A stretch of 64,000 nt of DNA from Octopus vulgaris (Eukaryota). Of this stretch, positions 1-12,565 are shown in pieces. The notes beneath the pieces are model-generated. The model was not told the origin of the DNA and made no database searches. It was given only the letters and a program-made list of their open reading frames with translations. Within the stretch, counting starts at the first letter, position 1; each line of letters starts with the position of its first letter. Both the position numbers and the translations under genes were made by a program. The stretch spans positions 2,914,001 through 2,978,000 of the forward strand of contig OX597832.1 of the NCBI GenBank assembly GCA_951406725.2, in the 5' to 3' direction.

Positions 1-1405
1 CTGTCACAGAGGTCACGACATCCGAAGTGAATTGTCGCGTTGTTACGGAAACATTCGAGTGTTTGTTTTGGTTTTGTCGAGTTATATCGAAAGATTGCTG
101 AGATGTTAGCTGATTTTTTTTGTAGTTATCTCCCTTACTTTTTTTTTTTTTTTTTGTCATTTTACCGTTCTAAACAGTCCTAGCGAGAGTGTCTACCTAT
201 GAAATTACATACTCGTAATTAATTTAGATCATTTGAATGACTTCAGTGGAATATCAACTAGATAAATGAGAGGAGGCAAGTTAGGTTGCTCTGTGGGGAG
301 AACATTTTCAGCAACTTAATATATCACATTTTTTTTTTCTTTTACAACAAATGATTCTTGCTAATACATATCACCATAAGTCTCCTTAAATCTAATTGTT
401 TATATTCAGAGAAAATGTCACAAGTCATATCGATTAGAGAGTACATGCTTATTTCAACAAGTTTAATGTTTTCATTATTTCAACAGAAACTGAACATATT
501 AAAGCATCTGACTTGTACTGGAATATATGATGGTAGTGCACACATGTACAGATGTTGTACTAGGAAACAAGTATTGCTTTCCAAACTCAGAGAATAAAGT
601 ATTTACTAGAGCAAAGATTATCTGTGATAAACCAGATAATGTTTCTCAATTAATAGTTTCATTAAAATGCTTCTGGTCTGGTTTAATCTTGACACTTAGA
701 TAAACAGAAACTAAGATGAGGTGAAAGCTAGGTTGAAATCCTCAGTTAGAAATGGACCATGAATTATCTAACTGTAAAAAGTAAACAAACATTGGAAATA
801 TCTCCATCATTCTTGTAGTTTAATACTGACTTTGTTGTAAATGACTTGAAAGTATTGTTTATGCACCCAGCCATTGTTTGAGTACCTATGCAACAAATTT
901 GGAATTCTGTATATGATGTAAACTGCTGTCAGATAGGTCCTTGCAAAGATTGTCCCTCTAATTTCCTTTGATTAGGTTGGTCTTGTGGTTTTTCTCTGTT
1001 TGGTAAAAGACTGGTGGTGTGCATACTACATAAAGAGATATTTCTTCAAAATACTTGTCACTTACCTAAAACATTACTCACTTAGATCAGTGACAAATCA
1101 CATGAACTGAATATGTACTGATGAACTCACATAGAGTTTGAAATACAAAATGCTAAGTAACCAACTAAACAGGAGTCTTTAATGAGATACTTCTTATTTG
1201 TCTGTCTTATGTTAAAATTATTATTTTTTTTTTGTTGATAATCTTTTCTGCACACAGAAAAACCATTTAAGCGGATGTCACAACTGAATGATAGTATCAA
1301 TGACACAAAACATTATGTACAGAATACCAGACACATTCAAGCAAATAACTTTTACATTCATGAGTGATAAACCATAACCATTTTCTTTCTTTCTCTTTTT
1401 TTTAG

Positions 1406-1490
1406 GATATTGATGTTTGAAGAAAAAAACAAACCAAAGGAACAACCAAAAGGACCGCCACCCAAGCGAGATCTAAGCAATCTTCCATGA
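1406..1490 (+). CDS. AIF1: Terminal coding exon of allograft inflammatory factor 1 (AIF1/Iba1/AIF1L family) gene; upstream exons not identified in the window
   Basis: Polypyrimidine tract + AG at 1404-1405, phase-2 start, then ILMFEEKNKPKEQPKGPPPKRDLSNLP-TGA. This resembles the AIF1 C-terminus (ILMYEEK...KPTGPPAKKAISELP) and AIF1L (...GPPPERDIASLP). Confidence 0.88.
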
Positions 1491-1618
1491 TATGAAAGAC
1501 TGTCAGCAGCTCTGGTTTGGGAAGCACCATTTAAAAAAGTGTTATAGTCTCGTTATGGATTAGACATCCAGCTCATTTGCTGATAAATTCTATTTTTTTA
1601 AAAAAACAAGGAACAATC

Positions 1619-1628
1619 AATAAATAAA
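1619..1628 (+). terminator. Candidate polyadenylation signals (overlapping AATAAA x2) of the AIF1-like gene
   Basis: AATAAATAAA about 130 nt after the stop codon; another AATAAA at 1870-1875. AT-rich context lowers specificity. Confidence 0.4.
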
Positions 1629-2429
1629 CAAACGAAAAAAAGTATTTACAATTTTAAACCATCTAAAATTACATACTTTCAATTTATCCATATCAGAGCT
1701 GCTTCAAGTGACAAGGCACATATATATTTTTTGTTGATATCTTGTTTTCCTCTTTTTTGTTTTCCCCCACCAAAATACAATTTAAATTATAATTGATATT
1801 ACACATTCTTCTCCAGTAAACATCTGGATTCTGGCTAGTAATTTCAAACCCATTTTATTTGACTAATTTAATAAATTTTCCCTAACAGAAGAAAGACAAC
1901 ATTATTTTTTTTTTTGTTTCTTTAAGTAAATTAAACAATCAATGTAACCAAATATAAGTCGGGTCACTTGCAGAAAATCATATTGTTGGATGAGTTAATG
2001 ATAAATTCATAATTATCTGTGCTTATGAACCTATGTGAATTTGTGTGTGTGTGTGAGTGTATACATGTATCCTTAAAAGACATGATTGTGTGGTTAAGAA
2101 TTTTGATTCACAACAATATGGTTTCAGGTTCATTCTCACTGTATGGCACTTCTGGCAAGAGTCTCATGATCAACATTACCTTGTGATTGAAATTTGATTC
2201 AAGAAAACTATGCAGAAATTCATTGTTTTTATATCGTCATAGACATTTCAATGTCCTCTTTTCCATGTTTGCATGGTCAGAGAGAATGATCAGACATGTT
2301 TTTGCAGAATATTGGAAATGAATGACACTGTCTATGTGACTTTGGCAATCATTTACAACTGTCATATGGTGGGTGTCAAGACAGAGATACAAACATACAT
2401 ACATTCACTAACTCACATATATATATATG

Positions 2430-2585
2430 GGCTTCTTTCAGTTTCCCATATACCAAATCCACTCACAAGGCCTTGGTTGGTTCAGGGTTATAGTAGAAGA
2501 CGTTCCCAAGGTGCCATATGCCAGGACTGAACCCAAAACCATGTGGTTGGGAAGTAAACTTCTTAATCACACAGTTACACCTGCT
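2430..2585 (-). mobile_element. Octopus-type tRNA-derived SINE; related copies at about 2080-2225, 3490-3610, 16670-16830, 19130-19270, 37235-37495, 38535-38630, 39875-40025, 63300-63435
   Basis: Recurrent motif GCTGTGTGGTAAGAAG...CCACATGGTT...GGGTTCAGTCC...GGCACCTTGGG...GTGAGTGGATTTGGTA...GAAACTGAAAGAAGCCC followed by (TA)/(TG) microsatellite; A/B-box-like head. Confidence 0.75.
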
Positions 2586-3279
2586 ATATAAAGCATAAAT
2601 TAAGCTGTTACCATAGAAGATAGCTTAATTTGAATATATGTGCTTTTGATGGCTCAACATATACTTTATGCTCAGTGTGAAGAAGGACTGAAATAGATTT
2701 CAATATTAGAAAGCCTAACTGTGAGAAGAAAGGTAAAAATGTAAAAAGTAGGAAATACAAAGTAGTGACACTGATTACAAATAGCTAAAATATGACTGAG
2801 AGAAAATAGCTCAGGGTGGGTTGACCAAAAAGGGAGAGAGGTGAGGGTTGATGACTGGAAGGACATCTGGATAGAGAAATATCCGCCTCAACAAATTTTG
2901 TCTGACTCATACAAGAATGGAAAAGTGGACATTAAATGAAGATGATGTGTGTATTTAGAATTCTGAACTTCCATGAATTATTTTTTCCCTCACCTTCACA
3001 GTGGATATTCTTATTCAGTATCACTAGTTTCACTTACACTTTTATATATATATAAACATTTTAAAGCCTCATCAACTGAAGTGAATATGCTTTCCTAATG
3101 AGATCTAATGACTTTGAAATTTGTCCATACCTTTCATCAATTAATTAGTTTTTATATTCCATCCATACTGACAATGAATATCAACAATAAGGTTGAGCAA
3201 AAATGCCTCATGAAAGCGTTCTGCAAAATACATATTCAGTAGATAATCTCAGTCAAATAAAGCTTTTCAAGTCATCATA

Positions 3280-3282
<3 letters not shown>

Positions 3283-3327
<45 letters not shown>
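3283..3327. repeat. (TA)n microsatellite; others at about 11240-11310 (TA/TG), 48782-48820 (GA), 42570-42620 (TA/CA)
   Basis: Directly visible dinucleotide runs. Confidence 0.95.
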
Positions 3328-3329
<2 letters not shown>

Positions 3330-3799
3330 TCAGCTGTAAATTGGTAATGTTGTGACAGACTATTGGCCTGTCTACCAAGCCAGGAGAGCAGCAGCATCCA
3401 GAAAGTAGAACAATGTGAGGAAGTGCATTGTGATGAGTGGTGTATATCACATCTGATAGTCTGGTCAATACAGTAAGATATGAGTGCTGGTATGGCTTGT
3501 ATAGTTAAGTTCAGTTCCACTATGCAGCACCTTGGGGATGTATCTTCTATAACACTGAGCCAACCAATACCTTGTGAATGGATTTAGTAGGCAGAAACTG
3601 AAAGAAGATAATTCATCAAGCTAATACGCCTGTTTGTTGCTCCATCATCCTGTCTTTGTCTTTTGTTTTCTGTAAATTTGAACTACACCCACACATACAC
3701 AGAATATTCTAATGTTATGAGAACTTCCTGCAAAGGTCTCTTGAAAACAGTTACAGGTTAGTATCAAGAAGGACACCCAACAAAGACACAAATAACATA

Positions 3800-4250
3800 T
3801 AGCTGAAACTGTAGTAGAACTGAAAATGAAATTTCAGTATGGAAGCAAAACCTGAAACCGAAGAGCCTTAAAATTAACTTAGCAAAGACCAAAGTTCTAA
3901 TCAGCAGGAAAACACACGGAATGTTAATCCCTTCAGGTAAACAGCCCTATTCTATATGTAGAAGAGGTGTTTGTAGAAATTCCAATTGGTGTACTCGTTA
4001 CAAACTATGGACACATAAGAGATGCAGTGGGATTACAGGAAGGTTAATAGTGTTTGTGACAAATGAATAGGTGCAATAAACAATAAGAATACATGGGAAA
4101 CAGATGTTCTGGAATGTCTAGAGGTAGTAAATCATTTTTGTTACCTAGGTGATCTAATTAACAGTGGAGGAGGATCTCTGGAAGTAAAGTTACTAAAATA
4201 ACAATTGGCTGGAGAAAGTTTAAAGAACTATTACCTTTATTATTAAAAGA
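3800..4250 (+). mobile_element. Decayed RTE LINE fragment (RT/Cys-rich region)
   Basis: Similar to the young RTE at 22346-24979 (LAKTKVLISRK..SG..PYSICRRGV.RNS..CT..KLWTHKRCSG; FCYLGDLINSGGG), with stops and frameshifts. Confidence 0.75.
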
Positions 4251-4604
4251 ATCAAATAGACTGATGTACCCTTTTTTATTATTAAAGAGATCAAAGGAGT
4301 GATGTCATCGCTTTTTATTATTATCATTATTATTATTATTAATGTGATCTAAGGCAGCAAGCTGGCAGAATGGACAAAATACTTAGTGGCATTTCATCTG
4401 TCTTTACATTCTGAGTTCAAATTCTGCCAAGGCCAATTTTGTCGTTGATAAAACAAGTAGCAGCTGAATACTGGGATCAATGCAACTGACTTCACCCTCC
4501 CCTCAAAAACTGTTGGCCCTGTATCAAAATTTGAAACCATTATTAATGCAAACAGTTGGAGTCACATCATTATTTTCAAATTTCAGTGATTGTTTTAATT
4601 AAAA

Positions 4605-4976
4605 ACTAGCACTATGACCTGGCGTTGCCGGGCCATAGTGCTAGTGCATGCACATACAGCTGTGTGCGTGCTCACATACATGTGAGTACTGTCCAAATCT
4701 CCGACCAATCACATACAGCTAGCTAGCATTCAATTGGCGTATCACGTTTCAGGAATTTTGATTGGGTTTTGGATAGAAAATTCACAAAAAAGTAACTTCT
4801 ATTGATTTTTTAATGGCTTTGCGGGGTAACTGGGGAAATGTAAAGATATGCACGACCACCCTTGGACGGTTTTGAATGACCATAGAAAGTGCGAGCCCTC
4901 TACCTGAAAAATTGTAGATTTGTATAAAGGACAAACACACAGACAGACATTTTGCCGTTTATATATGTATAGAGAT
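4605..4976 (+). mobile_element. Helentron-associated/DINE-1-like non-autonomous element; a similar older element may span about 15388-16290
   Basis: Starts ACTAG with a 5' hairpin CTAGCACTATG...CATAGTGCTAG (4606-4645), ends with CAGACAGACA microsatellite and TTTATATATGTATAGAGAT; GC/CpG-richer than the flanks. Confidence 0.5.
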
Positions 4977-5784
4977 TTGTAGTTTCCTGTTCATTAGTTC
5001 CAGAAAAGAATAGCATTCATCACCTTAACAGCCGTTTCTTCTTTTTTTCACTAGCAAAGCTGGCGTTTAGATATCAAATCTTGTTCACTTCACAAGTATA
5101 TAACTCCAAGTTTGATTTCACCACACACTTCTTTAGACAGTTATTTTCTACCACAGTCTCAGATTGACTGATATTCTAAGAATGAAATTTGTAGATGGAA
5201 ACTGCAAAAGCCCATTGAGTCTGCTCACATGTATGTGTGGGTATGTGTGGGTGCATGCATATCTTTTATATATATAAGTATATGAATTAAGGATATAAAC
5301 ATCAGCAAGAAAAATGAATAACAGGTTTTATGAATGAAGTCCTTTGAGATATTTGTTCTGCATTGTGTTATAGAGATTTCCTTGCCTCTCTTATTGTCAG
5401 AAACACAGTGAACTAAGGATTGATCCTGTAGAAGCTGAAACCAACAATGCTATTGTTAGAAAATTGCACTAAAAATAACAAATTAAGGTGTTAATCATGT
5501 GGATTTATTTTTAAAATAGGTACTATTAACAAGGTGATGTTAAACCTATTCTTACTGACAATATTCACAAAATACAAAATACATAAAGTCATCCCATTCA
5601 ATGAATTTAAAAAGAAATTAAATATATTTATTAAATAACTTCCATGTAAAACCAAACAAACAACAAATATGGAATGTCTCCCATTTATGAAACAATAACT
5701 TGCTATCCACTATGGGATATTTATTAAAAGTAATGCTAATTTATTCAAACCTGAAGTAAATCTTGTTAAGCTATGTGGTATAAG

Positions 5785-5942
5785 TTAACGTATTGACGAG
5801 AACATTCCATGTGTCAGACGTTCTTTGCTTTTCTTATTTGTGTTGAAACATTTCCACAGCCTGATACTTTCATCAGCTGAAAGACTTGCAATTGTACTTT
5901 CATCTGGGGAAAGAGCAAGATTTAGAATTCTTGCAATGTGAC
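5785..5942 (-). CDS. CDC20: CDC20/Fizzy-family APC/C co-activator, last exon (last WD40 repeat + IR tail)
   Basis: AG acceptor at 5943-5944; (G)HIARILNLALSPDESTIASLSADESIRLWKCF...GMFSSIR-TAA, ending in the canonical IR tail. Confidence 0.93.
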
Positions 5943-7502
5943 CTAAAGACAAAGATTTTTGTCAATAACTCAGTAGTTAAGAAATTAAAAATGGCATTTG
6001 TACATTATTGAATCGATTAAGCATAACATCACACATTTAAAAGATGAGGAAAGCAATGTGATAATCTTGTCTTTTTCAAGATATCAGCAAGAAAAAATAT
6101 ACATAAAGTGAACTAAAACTAAATCCCATATTAAGGATTTAAATGGGCGGGTACTGGTCATCTTACTGTATAGCACTCGTTACCTCTACTTCCATGTAAT
6201 GTAATATTCGTAAAAATAAAATAAAAAAAAATCAATATTTTAAAGGGAGAGCACTCCTACAGTCTTTAAGTGCTGTAATTTTTTCCCAGTTTTACTGTCA
6301 CCTGGACTATCTCCTCATAGAATTATAGTGTAAATGGCTTCGTATGCCACAAACACTTGTCCTTTTTAACCTACACTCTCAAGTAGAATCAACCAAACAA
6401 AGGACACCAAGGTTGGGCATTTGAATTACAAACACAGTTCATCAATAGACTTCCACAAATTACTCATGGACCCAATTTCACTTACATAGCTTGGGTTGAA
6501 GACACCCAAGATCAAACACAGGACATCATGAGTGAAAACAGACTTTTTAACCCTTTATTACATAAAAATTATATATTCTTTGCTTAAAGCTAATAATTCA
6601 TGCCACTGCTAATCTAATTTTCTCACTCTTGGTAAATCTCTTTATTGCCTTCGAGAATGCACAAAGCAAAATATTCAGAGTATCATCAACATATTGTGAA
6701 TACATACATACATTCCATCTTGATGCCAATGACCAGGGGAGCATCCTGGGTTACCTGTAGTTGTCTAGTGCAGACAGGTCGACCTCGTACCAGCAAAGAT
6801 AGACAACCATGGCATGCAGAAGATTTATCCACTAGCAGACTGTAGGACACAGCCAGTGGATTTTCACAGAAGAAATGACAGCAAATTTAAGACCAAAATA
6901 AACATAAGTACAGATAGACTGTCACCTTGGAATAGTGAAAGACAGTCATTCCACTTCAATTACTAGGGCTTAATGAGTAATTCAATGGCAGTAAGTACTT
7001 TTGCCAGTGAGTTCAGTTGCCATGAGTGTGAACTGGTATCAAATACCTTTCTATATTCAAGCCATACTATCACAAGGTTCCTGCAGTGTTTTATTATTTG
7101 AGACAGTACAGCTTTATCTACCAAAGTTGTTTGGCATAATTCCCTGCTCCTTTCTTTCCACCTACCTCCTTGTTGGTGACTGAGAGAGAGGGGGGAGAGA
7201 GAGAGGGTGTGGATGTGAATGTCTGCTTATCTATCTGTAATGTGCAGTCTCATAAAACACTAACAGATAGTTGTCTGATTATGGACGGCAGGATAAAAAC
7301 ACTAAAAAGCGGTTATTAGATGTTCCAAGGGAACCAACTGAATTCTGCATGCCGTGTGTGGAAGAAACAAAGGTTCAGCTGAGTGGTAACAACACTGACA
7401 GTATAGTTATAACAAAACAAGCAATGACTAAAGAGAAATCATATATATTAAAGAGTGGATTGATAAGGAATATACTGAATACAGAATGATTATCTCATAC
7501 TA

Positions 7503-8610
7503 CAAAGAGGTGAGGGTTGAAAAGTTCATAGACTGACTATGAAGGAGTGATACTACAGCTGTGAAATCTTGCATGCACTAATTTCAACTTTTCTTATTAA
7601 CTGCATTGTTTCTTTTCTGGTAAACTGACATCTGACTATTCAAAGAACACTTTAAAAGTAACTAGTAGTGACTTCTCTTGGAAATGACAAAATTTGACAT
7701 CAGTGGTTATTTAAGTACCCTAACATGAATTTAGGAGAGGAAGGAAGAGTCTTGAAGATGACCCAACATATGGATGTCCTGCAACTGCCACTATCAAGGA
7801 AAAAACATTGATCATGCTCACCACATAGTGGTGGATGGCATGCAATTGACTATAAATCAAATAACCAATGCTATTAGCATATCCTGTGACACATTTGAGA
7901 CTATCGTGCGCAATGAACTTGGCATGATGAAGGTTTCTGCTCAGTAGGTGCCAAGTCTTCTGACACCTGGTCAAAAGCTGATCACATCATGGGAAAATCT
8001 GACAATGAGGCAAATCCAGCTGGTTTTCTCAAACATTTTCTAACCTAGGATGAGTGTTGGCTTCATCACTTTGAGCCAAAGACAAAGGGACAATTCATGC
8101 TGTGGAAACACCCCTCCTCACCTGTTCCAAACAAGGCCAAGGTCGTTTCATCTGCCTCAGTAATTTGGGATGCAAAAAGCATTGTGTTTACTGACTATCT
8201 ATCTTCAAAAGAGCCACACCATTAATGGAGAGTACTATGCTAACTTGCTGAGGTAGTTACAAAAGGTTATTAAGACCAAATGCCTAGGAAAGCTGACAAA
8301 AGGGGTCTTGTTTCATCAGGATGATGCTCCAGTATACAAGTACTTGTTTCCAATGGCTGCTGTGCAGGACTGTGGCTTTGAACTGGCTGATCAGCCTCCC
8401 TATTCTCCTGGTTTGGCCCCATCTGACTATCATCTGTTCCTTAACATGAAAAAACAGTTGACTGGAAACCAGTATATCAGTGATGATCGTGTCATATCTG
8501 CTGTTGATGACTTTTTGGACCAACAGGATCCAAGCACTGCAACACCGTTGGAAGAAGGGTGCGGACTGCAAGGGGGACTCAGCCTATGAACTTTTCAGCT
8601 GACCTTCATA
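7503..8610 (+). mobile_element. Mariner transposon, decayed; same family at about 31776-33040 (-) and 36545-37230 (+, partial)
   Basis: Transposase remnants FHQDDAP, PPYSPGLAPSDYHLF; inverted termini ...TGAAAAGTTCATAG / CTATGAACTTTTCA. Confidence 0.88.
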
Positions 8611-8996
8611 CTTTAGCAAAATATAGCTTAATGGACTGAAAGTAAACATAACCAACAGTGAGAATTTCAAAAACTCTACAATAATGCAGCAAAGTTTATA
8701 CAGCAAATATTGAAAATGTTAGAGTAGCATTTTAAGAAGATTGTCAAAGAATCAACACAGTGTGTACTCATGACTACCAGACAGTACCAGCTCTTAAAAG
8801 TTTTCTATGCAGATGGTCTGATATAAAAGTGATAGCAAAAATATTAAAATGGTATCAAGGGATTATTTTTTTTTTATATAGAAGACCAATTGATTGTGTA
8901 AACAGCACTGGTATGGAAGACAGATTGTAAAAACGAAATACTGCCATTAATATTCATCTAGATCTGAAATTGGAAAATCTTTTAAGTTTTAATTAC

Positions 8997-9114
8997 CTTT
9001 CAATTCTCCAACACTTTCCAAAGAAGGATATTTCCAGAAAGAGAGAGAATAATTTGAATATCCATGTCCAGAAACAATTTCATGGTGTTCGTTTGACCAT
9101 ATTAATGAAGTGAT
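8997..9114 (-). CDS. CDC20: CDC20-like internal exon (118 nt)
   Basis: AG/GT flanked; ITSLIWSNEHHEIVSGHGYSNYSLSFWKYPSLESVGELK(G); phases fit neighbouring exons. Confidence 0.93.
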
Positions 9115-9292
9115 CTGAAAGAGAGAAAAAAAAAGTTTCAGATAAAATAATTCTCCTCCTCCCCACCACCACCATCATTCTTTTACATCAGTTTTGTTCC
9201 CAGGTGGTATGTGTTGGATGGATCATCACAATTTGAGTCAGTTCTTATTTGGAGTTGCTGCTCTTTCAGACACATCTTGTGCCTATATAGGT

Positions 9293-9880
9293 TTTAATTA
9301 CATTTGACAAAGAGAGAGGAAGCCCTATCAAAACAACCTTATTAGGATCTTTTTGCAATTGAAAATACCTTAATTATTTCTGTTTGAACAATGTAAAAAA
9401 AGCAACCACGAATAACACACAAATACACACTACCACATACAAAATTAACTCAAGAAACATTATTAACAGAAAATATATAAAATTTCCATAGAAAGATCTT
9501 AAATCCTTCACACTATTCTGCCATCTTAATATAAAATAATCCTAAATTATTCACATACTTTCTGCCAACTTTATATTATAAATTTATAAAAATCAATTGC
9601 CCACAATTAATTATAATCAATCCTTTTGTACTAAATTAAATAAAAAAACAACAATATAAAAGATAAAAACCAACCTAGTTTTCACTGGTTTGAGCTCAGA
9701 TCAGGTAAAATTTTAAAAATCAAACAGATTTACCTAATAAAGCGCTATACCTTAAGGTTATTTTAAACCAGCATCAAAATTGCAATCTCTTTTTTCAATA
9801 TGAACTCTCAAAAAAAATTGCGCTATTATCCCTAGGGTAACTTATCTTATAAGCAAAAAATTTGGTTTATTATTCTATAA
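9293..9880 (-). pseudogene. NUMT: rrnL 3' end - trnL1 (partial) - trnL2 - nad1 5' end
   Basis: 9685-9706 resembles the 16Sbr primer site (CTGGTTTGAGCTCAGATCAGGT); the reverse complement contains TAAGTTACCCTAGGGATAA. tRNA-Leu with TAA anticodon at 9461-9531 and a TAG-anticodon remnant at 9532-9574. nad1 from ATG at 9460: MFLEL...VAFFTLFKQK*LSYFQLQKDPNKVVLMGLP. Confidence 0.9.
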
Positions 9881-10096
9881 AACTTTGACCCCATGTTATC
9901 ACTATCGGTGGATAACAATACAAATTCATGTAATGTTATCTTATTATGTAAAGAATTTGGCTTGAATTAAACTATAGTATGGAAAAGCATGTAGTAATAT
10001 TTAAATATCCATATGTTTTTGTTTATTATATACGTATATATATCATCAATGTATCATATATCCAAAAAGAAGCACACTCTAAAGTATAGAGCAGTA

Positions 10097-10866
10097 AAGT
10101 AATAAAGTTAATGTATGGTCATAGAGTGACCAATGGTTTTGCATCCACAAAGGCTGTAGATTTGCAGATGGCTCATCAGACTCTAATCTGAAGACAAATT
10201 TAACTCTTCACTTCTGGGAGGCAGAAATCTGTTAATGTCATTGAGTCATCAAAGAATAAATAGTCCAATATTACTGAGGACGGGTTATCTCCCCTAGATC
10301 AGCTATTTGTGGGCCAGGGGAGTGGGGGACCAAAGGATTTATCCCTCGGGCTGGTATTGGATTGTAAGGAATCTTCCTGACTTAGTCAGCAAACTGAGAA
10401 TCCCATGCTTGCAGCAGGTAGCACTTGAAATTGATGCATGGTGTGAAGATTTCTTGGTGAGCATTCAGTGACCCAGGTTTCAGGGATCTTTGAGAATCCT
10501 AGCTTACTCAACTTTAAGCATACACTCCTGTTGGTGTAGGGTCCTGGCCATTCTAAGATCTTGCACTTGATATTGTATGGGGTCCTTTCATCTTTGAGGC
10601 ACCACACATAGCTGGCCAGGTATGTGACGAATCATCTTTCTGAAGGAGGACCTGTGGCTGTACAGACATCACTTGAACACTGTCCTGGCTGACCTGATAT
10701 ATTTCCAGGTTTGGGTGTCGGTTGTATTCACATTACTGGTGCATTTTCGGTTGGCTCCAGGCCTGGGGATGCTGTTATTGCCACCAGTACAGCTGTCAGT
10801 ACTGTTATCATCCCTGGCTATAAGTTTGTGGTCACTCTATGACCAAACACTAACTTTATTACTTTA
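10097..10866 (-). mobile_element. 5'-truncated Penelope-like element (GIY-YIG remnant + pseudo-LTR, with an inverted partial pLTR at the other end)
   Basis: Minus-strand remnants KYI..A.TVFK..YSHRSSFR...LASYVWCLKD..TPYNIK.KIL; 10097-10132 is an inverted repeat of 10829-10866; pLTR shared with 40445-40725. Confidence 0.75.
10121..10185 (-). ncRNA. Type I hammerhead ribozyme motif (family 2) with GAAA mutated to AAAA
   Basis: Minus strand: UAGAGU-CUGAUGA-stem II-AAAA-CCAUUGG-UC-ACUCUA. Confidence 0.7.
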
Positions 10867-10872
10867 ATAATA

Positions 10873-11160
10873 TATATATATTATATTAAATTAGAGATAA
10901 AACCACTATTAGGCAAATCAAATAGTGAAAATCATAAGCCAATACATAGAAAAAAATTAATTAAAAAATATAAAAAATATAAAATATAAAATTCCAAATT
11001 AAAATATTTAAATTAAAGTTAAAATTTTAAAAATTATTTAAATAATTTAAACTTATAAATTTTAAATATATATATATATTTTTTCTATGTATTGGCTTAT
11101 GGTTTTCACTGTTTGATTTGCCTAATAGTGGTTTTATCTCCAATTTAATATAATATATAT
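10873..11160. repeat. Fold-back inverted repeat (about 85-bp arms, AT-rich spacer)
   Basis: 10873-10956 (..GAGATAAAACCACTATTAGGCAAATCAAA..ATAAGCCAATACATAGAAAA) is the near-perfect reverse complement of 11078-11160. Confidence 0.85.
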
Positions 11161-11236
11161 TTATACTATAAAATTGGATTTAATCCTAAATCTAATTTTT
11201 CCCTGTAAGTTTGGATTTACTCCCTAATATTATTAT

Positions 11237-11289
<53 letters not shown>

Positions 11290-11442
11290 GTGTGTGTGTG
11301 TGTGTGTGTGTTTGCATGTACATTATTAGCAATGACTCTGCTCCACAATACTTAATGTTTTGTATATTATGCCCATTTAACTTTAAGTAATGTGGAGCTG
11401 AGTCAATATGTTATTAAATATACAGATCTCCAACTAAATGTA

Positions 11443-11725
11443 GTTCTATATTTAAGAGATGAAGAATTATGTACATAATTTACATTTGACGAATATTTGT
11501 CCTCATCTTGTTTGTTGTTAACACAACGTTTCGGCTGATATATCTTCCAGTCTTCATCAAATGTCTTGCAGAAAATACCTTAGGAATGAGAATCCATCGA
11601 AAAATACCTCAGGAATGAGAATCCAGGTTTGAAATTTCCCCAAGACACCTGATGAAGGCTGGATATCAGCCGAAACATGTTAACAAACAAGATGAGGACA
11701 AATATCTGTCAAATGTAAATAATGT
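11443..11725. mobile_element. Inverted pair of PLE pseudo-LTRs (family 1), each with a minimal hammerhead motif
   Basis: Minus copy 11520-11566 (UUGAUGA...GAAACGUUGUGUU) and plus copy 11644-11682 (GACAC-CUGAUGA-AGGCUG..CAGCC-GAAAC); same family as 27885-28595, 47872-48216, 59821-60208. Confidence 0.8.
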
Positions 11726-12439
11726 CCAACTAAATGTGTTGAGTATTATTTTCTTTTGTTTATTACACACACATAATATTTATAAGGTTGAAATGGAGCA
11801 TTTGTCAATTTTGGCAACGATTGTTTCAGTTGTTTTATCAACTCTACTATTTATTCATTAAGTAACGTGTTAGTGGCTAAATATTTCACAGACAGTTGTA
11901 CCCTTCACATAATTCTCAAGTGGAATCCACTCTATGACAGTGTGTGACAATGCTGACTCTTTGAATCACTGGTACAGTCCATCCAACAGGCTTCCTCATA
12001 TTTTCTATCCCTGCCCATTTCACTCATAGGCTTGGATCCACTCAAGACTATGTTAAAAAACATTTATTGAAAATACTATGCAGTAGGACTGAAACAGGAT
12101 CTCACCTTAACCCCTCAGTGACATTTGTGTCCATTGTTAAGGAACTATTCAGGAGTTCAAACATTACTTGCATTAAGTTGTATTTCTCTATTTATTTTAA
12201 CAAAATGAATAATCCAGCAACACAGGATAGTAGTAGGTAACAGAAAAAGGTTTGGTTAAAAAAATAAAGAAATTGTATAAAATGCATGTTCCATTTTCCA
12301 ATGTTTGCCAAGGCAACATCGAAACACAAACATTTCTTTTTCTTTCAAATGACAGCTGAATATTAACATCTCCATTAAATGCTACAGAAATTTCTAGAAT
12401 TACAGAAAACAAAGAAAGAAGTAACAGTAATGCAATAAC

Positions 12440-12565
12440 CTGTGAATGTGTTAGTTTAGAGTTGACACATTTTCCTGATGGTATACTCCATATATGGATT
12501 GTTTTGTCTTTAGATCCTCCACCACTGGCAAGTATAGAATCTTGCCAAGGACACCAGCTCAAAGC
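12440..12565 (-). CDS. CDC20: CDC20-like internal exon (126 nt)
   Basis: AG/GT flanked; ALSWCPWQDSILASGGGSKDKTIHIWSIPSGKCVNSKLTHSQ. Confidence 0.93.

Noticed and set aside
358-597. Short ORF-track ORFs here and throughout (for example 6645-7489, 37855-38217, 59413-59823)
   Set aside because: No recognisable domains; many are low-complexity or antisense to TE ORFs.
9461-9574. Functional tRNA-Leu genes
   Set aside because: Mitochondrial-type tRNAs inside a decayed NUMT; one is truncated.
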